Origin: a virus
Direction: 5' to 3' (one strand)
Virus record (IMG/VR): IMGVR_UViG_2534681605_000002
Location: 1,093-65,092 of that record
Length of the DNA: 64,000 nucleotides
In this document: positions 57,809-64,000 of the stretch, one piece after another
How positions within the stretch are numbered: the first letter of the stretch is position 1
How the letters are laid out: each line of letters begins with the position of its first letter
The notes under the pieces: model-generated
The model's database searches: none
Told to the model about the DNA's origin: nothing
The model's input: the letters and a program-made list of their open reading frames with translations, nothing else
Made by a program: the position numbers and the translations under genes

Positions 57809-60382
57809 TCATCTCAAGCGATTCGTGTAGGTTTCATCCACCATAAACTCAATATAGTTTAACGCGACATCCGTACGCACCCCTCCGACCAAAGCTATCA
57901 TGAAATATTTGAACGCTTTCGTTTTATTCATTTTGGTAATAAGGTCGCGCACGTCTTCGATCTTTTCACGCCCGGACAGCAGAATAAAGTGTTCGGCATC
58001 GTTGCTACCCAAAACATAGAAGCCGCATTTGCTGAAAGCCAAAATCTCTTGATCCCTGAATTTAACCGTCTCTCCGCGAAAATATACTAATGATTCGGAT
58101 GGACGTATTACGCCACGAATAGCTGATTGCACGATACGTTTATGGGTAAGCGTGCCAAACTTGATAGGACGAGTCAGCAGCAGTATTTTGTTGACTGTCC
58201 TATGTCCATTGTGCATATTGTAAACCCCGTGGTCGTTGAATACGGCCAAACATTCGGGATAAGAGTTTAGAAAGCGGTTGATTGAAGCGGAAATCTTGTA
58301 CCAGCTACCCGATTGCATATTGAACACGTAGGAATATGGGTAGTTCCGGTTTGCTACAATAACCTCTTTGTCTTTATAATTATACCCGACCTTTGCTTCC
58401 TCCAAATAATAAATAAATTCAGTGGAGGAAAGTTTGTCGCTGAATCCACCCACACCTGCAATTTTTTTAATTATAGGCGAACTGTCGACTGCCGTAGGAA
58501 GATAACCTTCCATGTCGGACGATATATCTCTTACAGTCGATCCTGATAGGACCTTCAGCCCTGAATCCGTAGAAAACACAATTGCATCATCAGTGAAAAC
58601 AATGGAATCTGGATTATTGCATACATCCCGTGTCACAGAAAAAGAATTTGCATAAGCGATATCGCCGGTTCCGACCGATAAGGCAAAAACACCTTCGCCC
58701 GTAAACACATAAAGAGGAAATTGCCCGAACTGGCCTGTCGACAAGGCCGTTGTCGCTGTAGCCATTGCCACTATGTTACGACTCGAAACCGTATATGTTT
58801 GTTTGGCGGGAAAATAAAACGGGTTTGAGACATTTGATACCTTCAATTTATTGGGAGCAACCGACACGGAATCTTCTGGCAAAGGCGTATAGGTCCCATA
58901 CTTATCGGTTATCGAGTAAGGATAAAGTCCTTTTAAGCTATAGGCTATGTTCAAGAAAGGATGTGGCTTTAACGGAATCTCATCGTAATACTTATCATTG
59001 TAGATAATCATTTTGACCGCCCGTGAATCCGGGTAAGACAGGTATGGGGAAACCATAGCACCATAGGCCGTACTTGCTCCATGTACTATTTTCATTCCGC
59101 TTTCCGTCTTGACATGCACCTCCGTATTTACCGTAAATTCGTTAATGTCGCTAACCGCAAACATTCCCAGAGGATAGGGTTTGGCAAGTTTTTCCCGGAT
59201 GTTCCCTACATGCAGCTTTCCGTTATATGTATACAGGTTTCCGGTTATCCTGCTTCTCGTAAAATCATCATCAGTTGCGACTTCTTGCTGTTCCAGGTTC
59301 TTAAATGCCTTGCCTTCGGCAAATATATTTTCAAACCCATTCGATATATCTCCGATCGGGATGCTTTTGACAAGATAAAAATTAGATATTTCCCCTATTT
59401 CTTCAAGCAATTCGCTTTCCGACTTAAACGGAAGATCCACCATCATATTATTCTTGTCCAAAACGGTCACTGTTTTTATCGTACTATCAAGATCATTGAT
59501 TACAAACGGTCTTGAAACGAATATGTCCACAGACGAAGCGACATCTTTCCAGCCGGACAAGCCGGATAAATCATATTTAACGCCTATGGTCCGAGGGTTT
59601 GCGATAAGTTTATAAGTAAAACCTTCCACCGACAGGGAGTCAAAATCAAATTTAGTTTTACTTACTGCCATCCTAATAAAATTTGGTTCGCCGACCAGCA
59701 GCGGGGACGAATGCATCACGTAGCTCTCATCGAACAGCCTGACGGCATACCTTACAAGGACAGGATATATAACATGTCCTGCATCATACACATCTTCTTG
59801 CAACAGTTTGTAATAACTTGCTTTAAAAGAATTGGTAATAATCTTTTCCCCGGCCTCGTTCAATGTTGCAAGGCTCCCGACATCCTGAATACGAACTGCC
59901 GGCTCCAAATTACACGATATATCATCCGAGTAGACAGCTTCTTCTTTAATACAAGAAAAACGGATCGACGGTTCCGGAATCTGATCACCAAGATATGTAT
60001 ATTCCCCACCTATGAATATTGCATAATGGATACTTTCGCCCGTCGCCATGACGAGGATATTCCCGACAGATTGTATCTGCTTTACGCCAGGTATCTGCGC
60101 GAAAGTTGTATTCTTTACAACCCATTGCCCGTCCACTTTATCGCTATCGAAAAGGACAATGTCATTGGCATACGAAATCAAATGCTCGTACGTGCCGTTT
60201 TTGTGCACAAATACCGGAGATTTTCCCTCTGCAAACTGACGTTCAAGTATTGGCCTCCCAACGGGTTCTATCGATCCGTTTTTAGGACGTGCATTTATCA
60301 GTTCCGAGCACATCCCGTCTTTTGACACGCCATCATCTGTATTACGGCTTATACCTCCCAGCCCAACATTGACCTTATTCAT
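57809..60382 (-). CDS. Tail nozzle/stabilisation (tubular B-like) protein
   Basis: GGISR..D...DG...ELIN N-terminus; LSTGQFGQFPLYVFT; beta-rich, 857 aa. Confidence 0.7.
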   Translation of the reverse strand: MNKVNVGLGGISRNTDDGVSKDGMCSELINARPKNGSIEPVGRPILERQFAEGKSPVFVHKNGTYEHLISYANDIVLFDSDKVDGQWVVKNTTFAQIPGVKQIQSVGNILVMATGESIHYAIFIGGEYTYLGDQIPEPSIRFSCIKEEAVYSDDISCNLEPAVRIQDVGSLATLNEAGEKIITNSFKASYYKLLQEDVYDAGHVIYPVLVRYAVRLFDESYVMHSSPLLVGEPNFIRMAVSKTKFDFDSLSVEGFTYKLIANPRTIGVKYDLSGLSGWKDVASSVDIFVSRPFVINDLDSTIKTVTVLDKNNMMVDLPFKSESELLEEIGEISNFYLVKSIPIGDISNGFENIFAEGKAFKNLEQQEVATDDDFTRSRITGNLYTYNGKLHVGNIREKLAKPYPLGMFAVSDINEFTVNTEVHVKTESGMKIVHGASTAYGAMVSPYLSYPDSRAVKMIIYNDKYYDEIPLKPHPFLNIAYSLKGLYPYSITDKYGTYTPLPEDSVSVAPNKLKVSNVSNPFYFPAKQTYTVSSRNIVAMATATTALSTGQFGQFPLYVFTGEGVFALSVGTGDIAYANSFSVTRDVCNNPDSIVFTDDAIVFSTDSGLKVLSGSTVRDISSDMEGYLPTAVDSSPIIKKIAGVGGFSDKLSSTEFIYYLEEAKVGYNYKDKEVIVANRNYPYSYVFNMQSGSWYKISASINRFLNSYPECLAVFNDHGVYNMHNGHRTVNKILLLTRPIKFGTLTHKRIVQSAIRGVIRPSESLVYFRGETVKFRDQEILAFSKCGFYVLGSNDAEHFILLSGREKIEDVRDLITKMNKTKAFKYFMIALVGGVRTDVALNYIEFMVDETYTNRLR

Positions 60383-60475
60383 AGATTCTTACTTTTTACA
60401 AAGTAAGGCATTGCAAGTAATGTAGTAACTGTTATTTTGGAACAAATAAAAGGCTTACCCAAAAGATTGCCGTTC

Positions 60476-61957
60476 CTATGAAAAACCCTTTCCTTTTTGC
60501 CGTTCGTAAAATCTGTGTTCTTTTTTGTCCAGATTATCAACCCTAAACAACGCTTTACTCCCAATAGGCATATCTTCTGGAAGATGTTTTACCAACTCGG
60601 AAATTACATCGTTAACATTGTTATACCCCAAATCTTCAAACGAATATATTTTCTTCTCTTGGAAAAACACAGTGCCACGGACCATGTTTTTGAATGATAT
60701 TCTAAATTGAGTTTGCTCCACATCTACATCATCTTCCAATAAATCCGGCAACTTATCATAAAACACAAAATCTATCACTTTCCGGTTTAACTCCGAAACA
60801 ATCGAGTAATCTGGTTTGACATATACCTCCGTCACTTTATGAGCGCTTGCATGGTTCATGGCAAACGCCACATCATACATAGTTGCCCTTATATCATTTC
60901 TCGCAATCGTTCCCCAGCTATGCCGGAACGTGTAGACACAATATGACTCTGGAAGTTCATTGAATTGACAAATTTTCCTTAGACCGCCATTCACATTCAC
61001 ATTAAAAATGTCATTATCAGAATAACGTTTATGGAAATTAAAAAGATATTCATCCCCGTCTTCAGATTTGTATTTTTCAAACAAGTCTTTTAAAATATCC
61101 GGTACATCCAGTTCCATATACGCACCATCACTCCTGAACTTAGCCGTCTTCCGTCTATTATAGGAAATTTTCCCATCTTTATAATCGGATACCTTCAGAT
61201 GATACAAATCTGCAGTATTTATACCTGCCAAACACATCACCATCTTGGCAACATCTTGAGCTAATTCCGGGAGTGGACATTTCATCTTTGAAGGAGGAAG
61301 AGGTAATTCAAAGAATTTTTTTATTTCTGAAGCAGGTATGGCCTTATGTTCCGGCTTATCGGATTTAGGAATAACAATCTTTGGCCAAGGATTCGTTTTT
61401 ATCTGGATAAGCCCACGGTCATAATCGTTATACTTCAATATGGCAGCTTTGAATATTTGTCGTACGCAAACAGGATACATCTCTTTCGCCCTTGATGTTC
61501 CAGATAAAGATTTCATCCAATCATTTACAAATTTAGTTGTGAATCTGGAAAACATCAGTTTATTCGTCCCGGCGAATCTTTCCAAATGCTGATACGCCAA
61601 CTGATAATTTTTTGCATTTCTTTCTTGACCGGATTTTGCCATTTCAAACTTATATTTTCGTGCAAAATCTGAAAAGCACACGTCGGTTTCTGTTTTTTCC
61701 AAAAAATCAACAAGCTCTTTTATGCTCCATTTCGATATATCTTCTTTATTGGCTTTATCTATATATGTCTTAATAATGTCTGAACAAAAAGATAACACAA
61801 AAGGATCTTTCACTTCGCCTGTGCGTGTTAATCCTTTTTTATCCACCATCTTATCCGTTTTTATGTAAGACGATTTTCGATTATGAGTAACCCTTATGTA
61901 AACGGGATAAAAACCGTCACTTCTCTGTTTTTGCACACATGTCTTGAAAGTTGCCAT
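60476..61957 (-). CDS. int: Prophage tyrosine integrase
   Basis: YPVYIRVTHNR arm domain; LAGINTADL, RRKT, YTFRHSWGTIA, MNH...VTEVY. Confidence 0.92.
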   Translation of the reverse strand: MATFKTCVQKQRSDGFYPVYIRVTHNRKSSYIKTDKMVDKKGLTRTGEVKDPFVLSFCSDIIKTYIDKANKEDISKWSIKELVDFLEKTETDVCFSDFARKYKFEMAKSGQERNAKNYQLAYQHLERFAGTNKLMFSRFTTKFVNDWMKSLSGTSRAKEMYPVCVRQIFKAAILKYNDYDRGLIQIKTNPWPKIVIPKSDKPEHKAIPASEIKKFFELPLPPSKMKCPLPELAQDVAKMVMCLAGINTADLYHLKVSDYKDGKISYNRRKTAKFRSDGAYMELDVPDILKDLFEKYKSEDGDEYLFNFHKRYSDNDIFNVNVNGGLRKICQFNELPESYCVYTFRHSWGTIARNDIRATMYDVAFAMNHASAHKVTEVYVKPDYSIVSELNRKVIDFVFYDKLPDLLEDDVDVEQTQFRISFKNMVRGTVFFQEKKIYSFEDLGYNNVNDVISELVKHLPEDMPIGSKALFRVDNLDKKEHRFYERQKGKGFS

Positions 61958-62149
61958 AAATCAATAATTTAGAACTATAAACATACTCTAAACATATGCT
62001 GCAAAAATACTAAACTATTTCTAAACATCTACCTGCATTTTATTCATTTTACGCTTATAACGCAATAAATAATAAAAGGCTGACAGACAGCTCAACAACT
62101 ATCTATCAGCCTAACTTATTGATAATTAAAGTGTATTTCTAAAGAAATA

Positions 62150-62307
62150 TCAGTCTTCTATAGCAGCCTGCGCCACTTTCAGATGGAATTGAAAATCAAA
62201 ATCTTATGCAACTTTAGCAAGTGATTTGTAAGTTTATGATTATCATTACTGGCAATAGTACATAAAAAGTAGTCTTATTCCTCTATCGCAGCTTGTGCCT
62301 CTTTAAT
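62150..62307 (-). repeat. Two att-like copies of a gene 3' end (KVAQAAIED* and KEAQAAIEE*)
   Basis: 62150-62179 and 62275-62304; differences are mostly synonymous. Confidence 0.7.
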
Positions 62308-62463
62308 TCATATCTGAATATCAGTAGCTTTCCTTTGCTTTGTAAGTAGTTTGTAAGTTTCAGGACTCTTCCTTTTTATGGATTACTTAAAAAAGGTAAG
62401 CTGCAAAATGGTTTTAATCATTGAATTATCTGTATGGGTACTACAGATGAAATAATTAATATC

Positions 62464-62922
62464 TTATTCCTTTCTCCTTTCTTTTAATAGTTCAATAATC
62501 ATATCTTTATCCTTCAGGTTTGAATCAAGACGTAAAATTTGTGAGTTCAGACTCTCTATCTGTTCTTTCAGAAGCTTGATTGTTTCCCTCAGGTTCTCCG
62601 TTTCTTTCTTTTCGTTGGATAATTGTACAGCAAGTTCCGCGTCACCTATCAGGTTATTCGCATTTCCCTCCAAGGCAACGGCTGCAAGATGTGCCGATAT
62701 ATTATGTTGTTTCGGACAGAAAAGGGAAAAGAAATTGAAGTCCAATGCTTCGCTGACTTTAATAAGCCTGCTTGTCTCCATTGTCTCCCTTTCCAGTATG
62801 CGGTTTATGTGCTGCTGCGGTACACCTATTTTACGTCCCAGCTCAGATTTGCTCAATCCAAGCTCGTTACGTCTTTTGTCGATAGCCTGACCTACATGCA
62901 CGTGTTTTATGTCATTATCCAT
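62464..62922 (-). CDS. XRE HTH repressor with coiled coil
   Basis: LGLSKSELGRKIGVPQQHINRIL...LDFNFF. Confidence 0.85.
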   Translation of the reverse strand: MDNDIKHVHVGQAIDKRRNELGLSKSELGRKIGVPQQHINRILERETMETSRLIKVSEALDFNFFSLFCPKQHNISAHLAAVALEGNANNLIGDAELAVQLSNEKKETENLRETIKLLKEQIESLNSQILRLDSNLKDKDMIIELLKERRKE

Positions 62923-63066
62923 GCGATTCCTTCAATAAATACATCTTAAACAATAAATCATCAAACAAATATTTGGTTATATAAACCATTTTACGTTACT
63001 TTGTGACGTAACCTATTCATTTGGTGAATACAAAGTTAAACATTAAATATTAAACATCCAACAATT

Positions 63067-63258
63067 ATGTCTGAAAACTTAGAAAAAATCCGTCCGGCAC
63101 TTGTTGCCCTTGAAGTAGGTGAATCCGTTTCATTCCCCATTTCACGTTTGAAAAGCGTCCGTACACAGGCCTCAGAGCTTGGTGCCATTTATAACCGTCA
63201 GTTCAAGACCAGGACTGACAGGGAAAACCACACCATTACGGTCAAACGAATAGTATAG
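63067..63258 (+). CDS. Cro-like small protein
   Basis: LEVGESVSFP...SVRTQAS; divergent from the repressor. Confidence 0.7.
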   Translation: MSENLEKIRPALVALEVGESVSFPISRLKSVRTQASELGAIYNRQFKTRTDRENHTITVKRIV

Positions 63259-63276
63259 AAATCAAATCAGGTTCAT

Positions 63277-63591
63277 ATGAAGATATTACAGTTTCTGGAC
63301 CATCTTATACCATACGAAACATTTCTGAATGACCTTTCCTCCAGAATTGTCAGGCAATTGAAAGCCGACAAGGATGATCCTGAATTCATCAGCCAGAGGA
63401 AGGCATACGAGCTGTTTGGCCGCAGGAATGTAGAACGGTGGAAACGTCAGGGAAAGGTGGTTTCCTACAAAAGACCCGGTAAGGTGGAATACCGCACGGC
63501 AGACCTCAGGCTCTTGCAGCGTACCACCCAGGACTATTTTGATGGAAGTCTGCCAAAACAGGCCGAAAGACCAGTCAAAAGAGATAAATGA
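63277..63591 (+). CDS. Excisionase-like protein
   Basis: DKDDPEFISQRKAYELFGRRNVERW...RPGKVEY. Confidence 0.75.
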   Translation: MKILQFLDHLIPYETFLNDLSSRIVRQLKADKDDPEFISQRKAYELFGRRNVERWKRQGKVVSYKRPGKVEYRTADLRLLQRTTQDYFDGSLPKQAERPVKRDK

Positions 63592-63796
63592 TAAACATAT
63601 TATGGCTAATATTTTAATAGTGACAAACTATGCATGTTTAGTTTAGCCGTGATACTCTATGAAATATAAAGAAAGCAATTATAGTAGGTACAGGAATGTG
63701 CGTCAGTAACCTTTGTTCACCAGCTTATAGCTTTACCACCTAACGATAAAGCCGGACAGGTCTTTTGTATCGCACATTCATAATGATTTTATAATA

Positions 63797-64000
63797 ATGA
63801 AAGAAATCAGACCAGCGTGCGATCCAAACGGTGTCTATTCAGTCAAGCGCACCTGTGCTGAACTCGGTATCAGCAACAAGACACTCAAAAAATACAGAGA
63901 AAACGGGTATATCCAACCGCTCAATCCTAATAATGTCAGCCGCCCGAAATACTCCGGCCAGTCAATAATCGATTGTTGGAACCTGCTCAGTACGTTATGA
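63797..64000 (+). CDS. MerR/xis-type HTH protein
   Basis: YSVKRTCAELGISNKTLKKYRENGYI. Confidence 0.75.
   Translation: MKEIRPACDPNGVYSVKRTCAELGISNKTLKKYRENGYIQPLNPNNVSRPKYSGQSIIDCWNLLSTL

Larger units (their letters stand above)
6380..62176. mobile_element. Temperate podovirus-like prophage; left boundary uncertain (may include higBA and extend past the CTn)
   Basis: Complete lysogeny, replication, lysis, structural and packaging modules ending in an integrase and att-like fragment; no tape-measure or sheath gene recognised. Confidence 0.88.
62310..64000. mobile_element. Left end of a second related prophage/satellite element
   Basis: Repressor, Cro-like and xis-like genes in the same order as 8204-9831. 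Confidence 0.7.

Noticed and set aside
1-64000. CRISPR array or rRNA
   Set aside because: No regularly spaced repeat-spacer series or rRNA-like sequence seen

Overview
Bacteroidales chromosomal window, judged from TAnnTTTG sigma-A promoter motifs and gene families, made almost entirely of mobile DNA. (1) 1-~5.6 kb is the integrase end of a CTnDOT-like integrative element (xis-like HTH pair, ECF sigma-like gene, KilA-N, tyrosine integrase). (2) higBA and small accessory genes follow. (3) ~6.4-62.2 kb is an apparently intact temperate podovirus-type prophage. It carries a CI/Cro-like switch, an RNA-structure-rich early region with tRNA(CAT), recombination and replication genes, PcfK/PcfJ, a PAPS-reductase-like gene, a GH43 moron, lysis and tail genes, capsid, rhomboid plus TerL, portal, a 3738-aa polyvalent protein, ejection proteins, TerS and an integrase. 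(4) From ~62.3 kb a second, related element begins in tandem. Most striking: the major capsid protein has an N-terminal membrane/signal-like segment and the phage encodes a rhomboid protease beside TerL, with no recognisable canonical prohead protease. Also notable: a poly-G leader ORF that could switch translational coupling of a LamG tail gene; a DGR-type variable repeat with no RT/TR seen in the window; antisense promoter motifs at the ends of three RNase-like modules in the giant protein; several tRNA-like non-tRNAs; and a repeat-flanked two-gene cassette. All family assignments come from motif recognition by eye; no database searches were run.
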